Of a DNA stretch of 64,000 bases, positions 37,343 to 52,445 are shown piece by piece. Every line of letters starts with the position of its first letter. The stretch's first letter is position 1. The position numbers and the translations under genes were made by a program. The stretch is from the human T2T-CHM13v2.0 reference genome, Homo sapiens: NCBI RefSeq assembly GCF_009914755.1, contig NC_060931.1, one strand, 5' to 3'. The notes below the pieces were generated by a model. The model worked only from the letters and a program-made list of their open reading frames with translations, ran no database searches and was not told where the DNA came from.

Positions 37343-37558
37343 GTAGCCTTTTACTTTGGTTTTTGGAATTATAACTTTCTAAACTGCTTTCTAAAACTGA
37401 GATGTTACTTTTAAGCGTATTAATGTTGCCAGTTTCATGATAGAGATAAATGTTTAATCAGGTACATAATGAAAATAAGATTCAATCAGAAGTCTTATAC
37501 TGCTAAATGTTTTAATAAACTTAATTTGTGTGTATCTATGTACATATATATTTAATAG

Positions 37559-37781
37559 TCTGAATGAGCTACAAGAATTTATAAAGGAGACAGATTCCGG
37601 ACTTCAGAGAGAATTAAATGAAGGTGATCATGATGGTTTAGTTGACATCATGGTGCATCTTCTGGCTGTAAGAAGCCGACAGAGAGCTACTGATGAACTC
37701 TTTGAACCTCTAAAAGAAACGATCACCCTCTTGGAAAGCTATGGCCAGAAGATGCCTGAGCAAGTCTATATTCAGCTAGAG
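37559..37781 (+). CDS. DNAH11: DNAH11 exon ~18 (223 nt; LNELQEF...YIQLE)
   Basis: tttaatag|T; GAG|gtaagt. Confidence 0.95.
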
Positions 37782-38220
37782 GTAAGTGCAGAGGTGAAAT
37801 AATCATAATTACCATAAATTGAGCATCTCTTTTATTAAAGTACTTTACATGTACTCTCTTATGATGTCCTTATAACAATCTATACTGTACACATTTGATG
37901 TTTTCAATTTACAGGTTAGGAATCTGATACTTAAGGAGATTTAATAACTTTCTCAAGGTCATGCAAATAGTAAAGCCAGCCAACACTCTCGGTGTGTTTT
38001 ATGACAAAATACTTAACCACTGTGCTCCACTGCCTTCTTATTAGAAAGAATGTAGATTGTAAAGAACCTATGAGTTGCTTTTTTGAGTTCAGTTTTACCA
38101 TCATTTTTCACACATGAAATATATCCATACTTTTTTTTTTCATTCAAAAAAACTACCTGTCAGTCAAGAAGTGCCCTAGTCTTGCAAACGTATCATGGAT
38201 TTGTTAATAAAGAATAAATA

Positions 38221-38530
<310 letters not shown>

Positions 38531-38717
38531 TGAAACTCAATTTGGATGGGGAAATCACTGTGCTTTCTAAATAGATTTCTATGCCATCCACCTGTTTCCA
38601 TGCTGTGGAAAGATTTGGGGGCTTTTTAACATCAAAGTCTCTTTAATTAGAACTGAAATCATGAACCACAGTCTCACAATTTAGATTCTTTTTCTATGCC
38701 AATATTGATATTTTATA

Positions 38718-38720
<3 letters not shown>

Positions 38721-38751
<31 letters not shown>
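38721..38751. repeat. (TG)15 microsatellite
   Basis: Direct reading of the sequence. Confidence 0.95.
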
Positions 38752-38753
<2 letters not shown>

Positions 38754-39009
38754 ACACATGTACTTGAATTTTGCAAATGTGATCAGTGGACACATTAACC
38801 AAAAAGCTTTCACTGGATTCTAGTTGATCTAGTTTAGTAGTCAGAGCACAGAACTCAAACTTAGATTTGTTTTCAAGTACTGTATGAGTTCATCTTTTCT
38901 GTTTGCCTTGACAAGTTTGTTAATGTCTAAGACCACACTTACTTTTTGCTAAAATATGCCTCATGATCCCTCATTTAAACAATTTCTCTATACTTGCTCC
39001 CATCAATTT

Positions 39010-39650
39010 CTGTTTTTTTCTTTTTTTTATTGAGGTGAAATGTACTATTCGGATAACATATAAAAGTAACCATTTAAAAATGTACAATTTAGTACAATAT
39101 TGTGCAACTACCACCTCTATCTAGTTCCAGAAATTTTCATCACTCCCAGAAATCCCATACCACTTCTCTGTCTCTCCCCATTATCCTCCTCCATGCCCTG
39201 CCAAGCCTTGCAAACCCCTACCCACCAATCCTTGGCAATTCCCAATCTATTTCTGCCTTTATGGGTTCACTTACTCTAGATATTTCAGATAGATGGAATC
39301 ATACAATATGTGACCTATTTTGTTAGGCTTCTTTCACTTGGTATAATGTTTTCCAGGTTCATTCACATTGTAGCATGTGTTGGTACTTCATTTCTTTTTA
39401 TGGCTGAATAACATTCCATTGTATGTCCGTCCATACCACCATTGGCTTATCCACTCGTCTGTCAATGGACATTTGGGTTGTTTCCATCTTTGGGCTATTG
39501 TCAATAGTGCTGCTATGAACACTGGTGTGTATTTATTTGAGTATCTGTTTTCAATTCTTTTCAGTACACCTAGGAGTGGAATTGCTGGGTCATCTGGTAG
39601 TTCTATATTTAACTTTTTGAGCCATTGCCAAACTATTTTTCACAGTGGCT
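39010..39650 (-). mobile_element. L1M (L1MB/MC-like) 3' end
   Basis: ttattgaggtgaaat...tttttatggctgaataacattccattg...ggagtggaattgctgggtca. Confidence 0.8.
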
Positions 39651-42193
39651 GTTTTGTTTTATATTCTGTCATTTTGCTTTGTGAGGATTAAATGCAGCAG
39701 GGTATTTACAAGTGCTCTCTTGACTATAAAGACTATGAGAATTACTGTATATGAATTGTTAAATTCTATTTAAGTATAAAACTGCCCTTAGAGCTTGCAA
39801 GCCAGTTAGACATGGAGCAAGATGACAAGTTCTAGACAGATACATACATAACAAGATGAAGAGATAAAACAGTTACAGTAGAAACAACTATAAATAGTTC
39901 TTGTTTCTAGGAAGATTTAGATATTCCTTGAATCAGATGTTGAACCTTAAACTATATCTCATAGAGAAAGTAGTCATAATAAGTAATTGATGAGGGAAAT
40001 TTAGATATGGCCTCCAGAATTTGTATTATATAAGTTTGGTTCACTCTTTCGGGTGATGGTAGTATTGAAAGCATTAGGCTTTTCAACATTTCAAAAGCAG
40101 AATACAATTTTAGCTGTGTATCAGTAATTTAGACTTGTCAGGAGGGAAAATAAGATTCATAGGCGGTATGTGGTGTATTTGGAGGGTAACGAGGCCCAAT
40201 TTTATTTTAATTTAAGCAACTTCAAGTGATAGTTACTTTCAGTTTCTCCTTTGTTATTATGAGAAGTCATAACATTTTCCAAATACTTGTCTATGCTTAG
40301 TTCTGTGGGAAAACACCCTAAAGTCTGGCTATGCCTACTAAGAGTTGAAGTATTACTTCCTTAAAGTCATGAGGACTCACCACCAGCAAGATCTTTGTCC
40401 TGTTGGAGCATCTCTTCAGTCTTTTGCCTCTTTTCACTGCTGTTAACACCCACTTTAATTCAGCTCTTGTTACTTCTCACCTCACAGCAACAGCCCCTTA
40501 ATTCATCCCATTCCTCCTCACACCCCACCCACAATATACTCTGAAACAAGATGAATATTCTGATCTGCAGGACTTATCCAGTCCCTTTTCTGCTCAGAAA
40601 CCTTCATTAACTGCCCCTAACTTCCCGAATGCTGTCCAGTTTCCATAAGAGCTCACACACTCACACCATCCTGTATTGGTCGTCATACCTCAAGGGATCT
40701 CACCCTAATCTCTGCCTGTTGAAACCTAGTCATTTCGTTGAGCCTCAGTTTCAGTGTCACCTCCTCCTTGAGTGGATCATCTGACTTTGAGAGGCTTTGG
40801 AGATCATCTGATCTTTTGGGTTTCAAGAAAATTTATTTTTACCAAGTAAAAACTTGTTTGGAATCCCCAAATATAAAGCAGGTTTGTTGTGTTTGAAGAG
40901 GGATAAGGGGACCTGAGCTCATGGATGTAACTTCCTCCTGGCTTCCCAGCCATGGCCTCCGAGGGACTCCATGGAATACTTAGGTTCCATGGAATGGAAT
41001 TGGAAATGCAAAGTGAGACTCTGTCTGTACAGAGGGCGGATGCAGAGTTTTGATGAGAAGCCACGAGAGGGAAGGACAAAGGGGTTTAAAGCCCAGGTCC
41101 CTTGGTTCCTGAGCTGGTTTGGTATTCCTGTCATGTCACCAAATTGTCTCCCAACTGTTTTGATTCCATAACACATAGACCTCCTGATAGTTAGCACATT
41201 CTGTTGTGTAGAATAGTTATTGTGTGTGCCTCTTGCTCACTCTGACAGATTATAAAACAATTTGAGAGAATGTTTTACCTTTTTAGCACCCTGTTCACCA
41301 CACAAATAGTATTTAGACCTAGCACAGTGCGTTTTTCCATAACTGGCAGTTACTGAATCGTTCATCAAATATTTACTGAGGTTTACAAAATAGTCTTTAG
41401 AACCTTTGAGTTTTGCACTTCAGCTACAAGTAGAGTTCCATCACTGTGGGTGGGTTTGTGTGACAAAACAATTTCACTGTCCCAGGAGATGACCGAGAGG
41501 AACAATTCTTTGTTAATTGGGACACAAGGAATGCTTTTCAACAGTAATTATGCTCCATGCATTGCTCCTTAAAGAAAATAACTTGCTTTTGTCCTATTTG
41601 CATTGTAGGCAGGGAGAGCAGAGTTGAGTTGGTACCTGAACTATTTATTGTGTCTTTTGTCCTACATAGAGTAGGAATTAACCTTTCTTCCCTTTGCCCT
41701 CTTCTCCCTTCAAAAACTCCTAGTCCCCTAAAATAAACCCAACCTCAATCCTCAAACTCTCCAACAAGAAGGAGAATGTACAGAGCTTTGGGAGCTAGAG
41801 AAAAGCCGAGGATGAGATTGATTCACATTTTCATCCTTGCCCCAGCATTTTCAAAGCATCTTTTTTTTCACTTGCTAAATTACTAAACATGGCTGGCTTC
41901 CATTTCTAGTTGTTAGAGATCAACAAAGTCATTTCCAGAGCACTTCAATTTTATTCCCACAGCAGCAAAACAATTAGGAGATTTGTGTTTATTTTAAAAA
42001 GATTTCCATGGATTCTGAGATGAGAACAATTCTGGTACATGCTTTGGAGTTCTGAACCCAGCAGTGCCAGTGAATCAGCCTGTACTTCAGCCTTGGTTCT
42101 AAGCCTTTTCATCACTTTCATCCTTTTTTATAAACTCATTATATAAGAATGAAGAGATGTCATGGGTTAGTGTAAAGAAATTAGAATCATTTA

Positions 42194-42491
42194 CATGGAC
42201 ATGGTGGCTCATGCCTGTAATCCCAGCACTTTGGGAGCCAGAGGCAGGTGAATCGCTTGAATTCACGAGTTCAAGACCAGCCTGAACAACATGCTGAAAC
42301 CCTGTCCTACAACAAATACAAAAATTATCTGGGCATGGTGGTACATGCCTGTAGTTCCAGCTACTGGGGAGACTGAGCTGGGAGGATCACTTGAGCCTTG
42401 GAGGTGAAGGTTTCAGTGAGCTGAGATCATGCCAGTGCACTCCAGCCTAGGGGATAGAGCCAGACCTTGTCTCAAGAGAAAAAAAAAAAAG
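42194..42491 (+). mobile_element. AluJ
   Basis: 20-bp TSD aaagaaattaga(a/g)tcattta at 42174-42193 and 42492-42511. Confidence 0.92.
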
Positions 42492-42576
42492 AAAGAAATT
42501 AGAGTCATTTAATCCTATAGGGTTGATTTGTTTTAGGAATTGAAGTAATTTCGCATTTGTGCCTTTGCTTTTGCAG

Positions 42577-42693
42577 GAATTACCTGAAAGATGGGAAACT
42601 ACCAAAAAGATCGCAGCAACTGTCAGACATGAAGTCTCACCTCTCCATAATGCGGAAGTCACTCTTATAAGGAAAAAATGTATTTTGTTTGAC
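42577..42693 (+). CDS. DNAH11: DNAH11 exon ~19 (117 nt; ELPERW...CILFD)
   Basis: gcttttgcag|GAA; GAC|gtaagc. Confidence 0.95.
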
Positions 42694-42797
42694 GTAAGCT
42701 AGTTACCAAGTTTTTGTTTTAAGAAAGGTTTTACTAGGATAATTGAAGTATTTGTTTGAAATTCACTTTTTTTTTTTTTTTTTTTTGCAATGATCAG

Positions 42798-42884
42798 GCA
42801 AAGCAGGCAGAGTTCAGAGAGAGATTCAGACACTATGCCCCTCTTGGATTTAATGCAGAAAATCCATACACAGCGCTTGATAAG
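42798..42884 (+). CDS. DNAH11: DNAH11 exon ~20 (87 nt; AKQAEF...TALDK)
   Basis: T20-gcaatgatcag|GCA; AAG|gtaata. Confidence 0.95.
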
Positions 42885-43084
42885 GTAATACAGATCTCAA
42901 ATATCCTGTGTGCATTAAAATAGCTACTTTAAAAAATGTAAGTTTAGACACAAAATACTGCCACATTTTGTCTTTGTTTTGCTGTTATAGGAATTGATTT
43001 ATTTAAAACCCAGTTATAAGCAATTTCCCCTTAAGTAAATTGTATTGTATTTCAAATCATGCCTCCCAAAACCATCATCGTCAT

Positions 43085-43627
43085 TGTATTAGGGTTCTCT
43101 AGAGGGACAGGACTAGTAGGATAGATGTATATAGGAAAGGGCGTTTATTAAGGAGTATTGACTCACACCATCACAAGGCGAAGTCCCACAGTAGGCTGTC
43201 TGCAAGCTGAGGAACAAGGAAGCCACTCTGAGTCTCAAAACCTCAAAAGTAGGGGAGCCAGCATTGCGGCCTTGAGTCTGTGGCCAAAGGCCCCAGACTC
43301 CCTAGCAAGCTGGTGTAGGTCCAAGAGACCAAAAGCTGAAGAACATGGAGTCCAGTGTTCGTGGACAAGAAGCATCTAGCACGGGAGAAAGATGGAGGCC
43401 AGAAGACTCAGCCAGCCTAGTCCTTCCACATTCCTCTGTCTGCTTTTATCCTAGCTGTGCTGGCAGCTGATTAGATGGTGCCCACCCAGATTGAGGGTGG
43501 GTTTGCCTCTCCCAGTCTCCTGACTCAATTGTTAATCTCCTTTGGCATCACCCTCACAGACACACCCAGGAACAATACTTTGTATCCTTCAGTCCAATCA
43601 TGTTGACAGTCAGTATTAACTATCACA
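43085..43627 (-). mobile_element. MLT2A-like (ERVL) solo LTR
   Basis: tgtattagggttctctagagggacag...gtattaactatcaca; TG...CA ends; TSD gtcat/atcat. Confidence 0.85.
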
Positions 43628-43801
43628 ATCATCATAGTAATCATACGAGAGACAGTAACAACTACTACTATTTTTTGAGTCCTTACTATATGTCAAGAAT
43701 TTTGTTAAGCATATGACTTTCATTATTTCTTTTTAATTCTCAGTCTCCCTATGATATGGCTTGTATTACTTTTCCTCTTTCAATTAAAAAAACAAGCTTG
43801 T

Positions 43802-44123
<322 letters not shown>

Positions 44124-45329
44124 TTAAGTAATTCCTTGCAGATTTCTGTTAGTAAGTGACAGAACTAGGATTAACATTCTGGCTATCTAAACTTTTTTTT
44201 TTTTTTTAATCAGAAATTTTAACCACTATACCCTTTCTCTTGTGATTCTTTTGCCCGTAACTTTTAACCATAGTCAAGGAAGCCCATAACTTATTCTTAA
44301 CCCTGGACATGAAGATTGTTGAGTCATTCAATCCTAGTTTATAATGAACAACTGTACTTTATTATAGTTGACTATAAGAATGAATATGGTGGGCAAAGAA
44401 TCCAAATGGTAAGTAATTCACAGAACACTTGAAAAGATGTTTTAAACTTTTATTAGAAAAATGGTGTCTTTGTTTCTCTAGGAACTTAACCTGGCAACCA
44501 AAATAAGAAAATAATTGGGTGAAGTTTAGATTTAGGAGCTGGGCACCTTTCTGAGTTGCTCATCTAGCCTGTCACCCTGATTTCATTTCATGCTGGAGAT
44601 AGTCTTAACTCCTTAGCTGGATGCGGCTGACAGAGCCCTTACCTCTCTTTCCAAATTTTGGGTTGAATTTAGATTTAATTGCTTTAAACTTATTCAGAAA
44701 ACACCATTCTATAGCATCATGTTGCCTCTTTCACTTGGCAGAAGAAAATTGGTTAACATATTCATTGAAAAGGGAGTAGGTTAGAGTATGCTAATATACT
44801 TGGTTTTATTTTTTATTTTTTAAAGATTATGTCTAAATTGCAGGTGGTCTGAACAGATTGTGGATGGGGAAACGTTTTTACTTGACTAACCAACATGCTG
44901 TATGTAAACATTTACTACAGTTACTTATTGAATTGTATCATGTTCATGCTATACTATAACAGCATGTAGTTACATATTTAAAAGTCAGAGATGCTTACGC
45001 TTATAACTACAGGAATATTTTGAATGTAGTAGGGCTGGGTGAACTTTTTCTTGAAGTCATGTTCTTGGTGTGTTTGTTCAGCAGACATGTCTAATGTAAA
45101 TCTAGTTAGACTCAGTGAAAGGCATATGTATTATTGTTCTGGGCTGGTATGGTGGACCCTGGTTCTGAAGGCATCTCAGTCCACAAGACAGAAAACACTG
45201 ACTTTCCACAAATAAGGAGAACAGTACAGTGAATCCCTCCCTTTAAAATGAGGTTCCCTGGTTAAGTACTACCGTTTCTTCACAGCCAAAGATATAGTAA
45301 CTGTATAATAACCAGCTGAATTAACATAA

Positions 45330-45672
<343 letters not shown>

Positions 45673-46125
45673 ATAACTGGGTATATATTTCTAGGAATAA
45701 TGGAATTAGTGTAAGTGATAGGAAAAAAAACGATTAAAAATAAATCAAAGGGATATTGGCTTTGGAGATTATGGTGGACCAGACATTTTGAAAAGCCCTC
45801 TTTCATAAAACAGATGCTGAATACATATTCACAAATGTGTAATTTTTAATCTGTTGCGGAGTTCACAAGAACATAAAACAAATCTCTAAAGGGCAAGAAA
45901 AAATAGAGGCAAATGCAGAAGCCTGTGCTGCTGTAGTGAAAATGGAAATATCAGAAGTCTAGAACTATGAGATTGAGTTTCTCATGGGGAAGTAGAAGAT
46001 GCTGTTAAGGGTGATACCCTCATTGGAGAGTGGGCTAGGGAAGGTCTGCAGCCTGCAAAGGAAGCCGATGAGATCACTGTGGGTCTTCACTAATGCTCAG
46101 AGTAGGGTGAAAAAAACAGAAAAGG

Positions 46126-46420
<295 letters not shown>

Positions 46421-47119
46421 AAAACAGAAAAAGATACTCTGGGAGTTTGTAAACATATTCCTGTTCTCACAAGGGTCTATGGTCCGGTTTTATACTACCC
46501 CTCTGATTAAGGAATTTCTAAGACAGGAAATTGAAATGGTTACAAGTATCTTCCTAGTAACTAGTAGAAGCAAACCTAAATCATCTCTGGAAAAAAGCAC
46601 TCTCATTCAGTCTCTTTAGGGGGTCCAACAGATTAAGTTCAGTCAAATATGAGTACACAATAAAACAATGAACACACCATTACGCATAAGAGTCAGTTGA
46701 AAGAAACCACGGATAGAGATGCATGCAAAGTTTCAGATATTAGAAGGAAATAAAAGATAATATTGAAAAAAATGAGCAAGTTCTCAGTTTTGAGACTATC
46801 AACCATGATCAGTTGAATTTGAAAAAGGGCCAGATACTTACAGAAATGAAAAATACAGTTGTGAAAAAAAAAATACAACTCAGCAGATGGGTTAAAGAGC
46901 TCATTAAAATTGGAAAGAGAATTAGTGAAATACAAATTACATTGGAGGAAATCACTTAGAACGCAGTCATAGGTGTAAGGAGATGGAAAATATAAAAGAG
47001 CCTAAGGGACGCATAGAAAGAAGTTAGAATGCCGTCCAACTGTTCTATTCATACTTCCTGGAAGAGAGAATGAACAGAATATAGTCTGCAAGATAATAGC
47101 TAAGACTTAAAGGACTGGT

Positions 47120-47685
47120 TGTGATGGTTAAATTTAGGTGTCAACCTGACTAGATTAAGGGATACCTACAGAGCTGGTAAAACATTATTTCTGGGCATGT
47201 CTGAGGACACAGGAGAGACTGGTTTGTAAGTTGGTGGACTGAGTGGAGAAGATCCACCTGCAGTGCGGGTGGGCATTGTCCAATTGGCTGGGGGCCCAGA
47301 TAGAAGAAAAAGGCAAAGGAGAGGCAAATTTGCTGTCTCCTCTGGAAAAGGAATACCTTTCTCCTGGTCTTGGACATCAGAATTCCAGTGTCCCTGGACT
47401 TTGGACTCCAGGACTTGAACCTGCAGCCTCCCACCCTCAGCATCTGGTTCTTAGGACTTTGGCCCCGGACTGAGGATTACCCTATCAGCTTTCCTGGTTC
47501 TGAGGCCTTTGAACTTGCATTGAGCCACACTGCTGGCATCCGGGTTTCCAGCTTGCAAATAGCTTATTGTGAGACTTCTCAGCCTTCATAATCGTGTGAG
47601 CCAATACCCCTAATGAAACTTCCCTCATGTATCTATTTATTTTTTCCTATTGGTTCTGTCTTTCTGGAGAACCGTGACTAATACA
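47120..47685 (+). mobile_element. MLT2B-like (ERVL) solo LTR
   Basis: tgtgatggttaa...gactaataca with a perfect 5-bp TSD ctggt. Confidence 0.88.
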
Positions 47686-48426
47686 CTGGTCAAAACATGA
47701 ATCGATAGATTCAGGAAATTCACCAAATCCCAACCAGGATAAATACAAAGACTGCATCTAGACACATCACAGTGAACTGCAGAATACCAAAAGCAAAAAT
47801 ATTTTCAAAGCAACCAGATAGAAAAGACTGGTCACTTGTTAGAAATGATGATTAGGCTAAGAGCATACTTCTCATTAGCAACAATCGGAGCCAGAAGGTA
47901 GTGGATGATGTCTTTCAATTCTACTGGGAAAAATTCTCTCTCAATAATAGTGAAATGAAGATATTTCAGGTAAACAAAAATGCAATATATTTACCACCAA
48001 TAAACCATTACTAACATAACTCTAGTTATTTATAGTGAACCATCACTAACTCTAGTTATTTATAGTGAATAACTAGTTATGCTCCAAACAATGCCAAATT
48101 TGCTTCTTAGAAAAGACTAACTCTATGGACAAACCTCTGGTGAAATCATCAAGGGAAAAACAGAAAAACAGCAAAATTAACAGTATTAGAATAAAATAGG
48201 GAATGATTGTACAGAAACAGCAGATATTCAAAAATATAGAGCACTATTAATAAGAAACTTAAAAACTTAAAATGGATAAATTTTTAGAAAAATATAATTT
48301 ACCAAAACTGTCTCAGTAAATCTGAGTAGTCATATAACTATTCAAACTTAGCCAGTCAGAAAATAAAAAGAAAAATATTAACCAGTAGTTAAAAAACAAA
48401 AAAATTTCCAAAACAGAGACTAAGAA

Positions 48427-48728
48427 GGCTGGGCATGGTGGCTCACGCCTGTAATCCCAGCACTTTGGGAGGCCGAGGTGGGCAGATCACAAGGTCAGGA
48501 GATCGAGACCATCCTGGCTAATACGGTGAAACCCTGTCTCTACTAAAAATACAAAAAATTAGCCGGGCGTGGTGGCAGGCGCCAGTAGTCCCAGCTACTC
48601 AGGGGGCTGAAGCAGGAGAATGGCATGAACCCAGGAGGCAGAGCTTGCAGTGAGCCAAGATTGCACCACTGCACTCCAGCCTGGGCGACAGAGTGAGGCT
48701 CCGTCTCAAAAAAAAAAAAAAAAAAAAA
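48427..48728 (+). mobile_element. AluY
   Basis: Y diagnostic positions; TSD agagactaagaa. Confidence 0.93.
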
Positions 48729-49689
48729 AGAGACTAAGAAGCCCTGATGGCTTTACAGGTGAATCTTAAGAAGCTTTCAAGAAACGGATCTCATTCACAT
48801 GATTCCAGGAACCTGAAGAAGAATGAACACTCAAAAATTACTTTGTGAAGCATGTCTGATTTTTATAAAGGCATAGTATGAGAAAGGAAAAAAATATAGA
48901 TCAGTCTTTCTCACGTACATATAGATACAAACATACTAAACAAAACAATCAAATTATACCAATTTATAAACAAGTTTTCATTTAAGGAAAATAAGTTTCA
49001 CTTAACATTAGAAAATCAGTGTAATTAATTGCATTAACAAATTAGGGAGAAAAAATCGTATGATTATCGCGAGAAATGCCAAAAGAACTTTAGCTATCAT
49101 TCAACATTCATTCATGATAGAAACACTTAGCAGCCATTTTTTACCTAATAAAAGAATGAAAACTCTACGTAAAATACTATACGATAGGGAACGTGAAAAT
49201 TTCCAGAAGCATTAGTAATAAGGGTGAAACATAGGAAAAGACAAAATGACTATCAGAAGTAAAAAAAAATAGTGTGTATTCATATAATGTAGTACTATGC
49301 AGTAGGGGAAATGAACTTCACACACATCATCATGAATATATAGGTGGACATAAATATCAATTGAAATGTGATATATGTAGTAAACTGCATTTCACAAACA
49401 TAAATTTTAACATTTAGCGCTTAGCAATACATTAATGTGAAAATATTATAAAAATTAGATTATTAAATAAAAAGGTAGGTTTTGTGGTTAAATATGTAGT
49501 AGGGAAAAGAGGGATGAAATTAAGAAAAGGCATTAAAAATTATTAGTCATATTTCTTAGGCTAGGTGGGGAACAAACGCATATATCCTTTTATGTGTATA
49601 AAATGTTTCATAATAAAACATTTTAAAACTAAAAGAATTGCAGTTCTTGTATGTGAAGATATAACTTGTAAAAATGAAAGCAGGATGCT

Positions 49690-50316
<627 letters not shown>

Positions 50317-51266
50317 TAAAAGCATTAAGTATAGGTATTTAAAGTTCAAAGAAACTAAAGTAATACAATTGTTGGATCTTGGGAGGAGGATGGGAGAAAA
50401 TAGAAAGTGGAAAAACAAAGTCAAATCCTTCTTTTGCAAAGCCAGTAGTAACCTAGTATAATGTCTAAACGTGATCAATCAACAAAGAGCAGCTTGAGCA
50501 CAGAATTGGAAGTTACAGAAATAGCATCCAAAAGAATGACTGAACCTGAAGGATTGCTTTCCTGCCTTGCAAGTGCTCCTCTACACCTTGAACTTTTACC
50601 ATGTAAGCATAGTACCATTTTGTTAATTAAAGATGAAAATTAAGACTTGGTCATCACAAAAGAAAAAACATGTCAGCATTTACGTTTGGTGTAAAATGTA
50701 AACTATTCTATGTAGATGGGGTATATAATTGAACCTTGATAAAGACAGTCATATGGTGATGTTTTCATACTGGGCTGTGTTTTTAGCTTTATGCTTTATT
50801 TCACAAATTCTCTTGAGTGCATTTGATATTATTGATAATCTGTAGGGTATTTTTTAAATCTGAAAGTTTTAATAAACTAAGTCATTACTTAAAATATAAT
50901 TCATTCTTACATGGAAGTTTCTAGAGCCCCACCTTTTGTTCTTCAGCAAATTCCCCAGCTCTCGGTACAAAAACCAAGAGGAAAAATTGTATTCAGAGAA
51001 ATCTGATGAAGAAGAAATTTTGCTAATACGTGTATAGGGACAGTATTGTTGAAGTTACTGTGTTTAACAGTAATCTGTTCTCACTTTTTGTGCAGCTGAG
51101 TTTGCTCTTCTAAAACCTACATTTTGCCAGTAATTACGCTGCAGATTTATTTTTATTTTCCCGTTAAAAATCAAAGATTGAAATGTCGAGATAACCAGAG
51201 CTACAGAACTGCATGTCTTCTCTTTCTCTGGCAGTTTGTATGCAGGTGTTTATGTTCTCTCCTTAG

Positions 51267-51425
51267 GCAAATGAAGAGCTTGAGGCCTTAGAAGAAGAAA
51301 TGTTGCAGATGCAAGAATCTACTCGTCTTTTTGAAGTGGCTCTTCCAGAGTACAAACAAATGAAACAGTGTCGCAAAGAAATAAAATTGCTCAAGGGACT
51401 GTGGGATGTCATTATTTATGTTCGA
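51267..51425 (+). CDS. DNAH11: DNAH11 exon ~21 (159 nt; ANEELE...IIYVR)
   Basis: ctctccttag|GCA; CGA|gtaaga. Confidence 0.95.
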
Positions 51426-52361
51426 GTAAGATGTGCTTTTTCAAAACATGCTTTTTATTTAGTAGTTCTTTTACATATGCAGTTTGTGGAGCCTATATTA
51501 TTCTATTTGGGTTTTATAATGTCTTGAAATATGTGGAAATTAGATCCTCACCCCAGCCCCAAATTAGAGTTCATGTATCTCTGTTAGTGGATGATTCTTC
51601 TTTGAATACCAGTTGTTTTTATTTTTAGTTCAGGATGAAACTTTGTTTAATAAGCTGACTGCCTCAAATCCTTTGGGGAGATTGTAAAGAATATAAATAA
51701 AATAAAAATTAATATATAAATATATATTACATGTGTAGTCATCTGTGCATACCAACTCATACATATTCCTATGCTTATACTTACATGCCTGGGCATACAC
51801 AAACAGACCCTTCCTAAAAATAATTTGTATGTGGTTAATTAAGTTAAAAACTTAAGTGAAAAAGTAAGTTCTAGGGAATGAGGCATATTGCAACAAGCAC
51901 TATAATCTTTTATGTTAGTTGAAAGCCATATAGAAATATATTAACAAAATATAAAATATGGTCAAGAAATGGTTGATGAGAGTTTTGTTTATAATGGTTG
52001 AAAATTGTCATGTGAAAGCTTATTTAGTTACATGTAGAATTATAAAAGTCTGTTATTTAATAATCTACTTATCAATTTATTCAAAGTACACAGGATTAAG
52101 TGATAATGATGGTATGTGTATGGAATTTATCATCGCTACTAGAAATTAATATATCATAATGTTTTAGCCTTTAGCTTGACGTGTTCTGACAACTTTTTTG
52201 TTTTGGTGATAGGGAAGTTTTGACAAGTGCAGTTAATATTTTAAAAATTGACTTTCCACTGGATGATAGAGTTACAGTGTATCATCAGTTTATATATTTT
52301 GCTGCAGAGACTTGCTTTCACCAAATGTTGTTGACACTTTTATCTGCTTTTGCGTTTTCAG

Positions 52362-52445
52362 AGAAGCATTGATAATTGGACTAAAACCCAGTGGAGACAG
52401 ATTCATGTGGAACAGATGGATGTAGAACTCAGAAGGTTTGCCAAG
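52362..52445 (+). CDS. DNAH11: DNAH11 exon ~22 (84 nt; RSIDNW...RRFAK), GC donor
   Basis: cgttttcag|AGA; AAG|gcgagt, a GC donor with otherwise consensus flanks. Confidence 0.9.
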
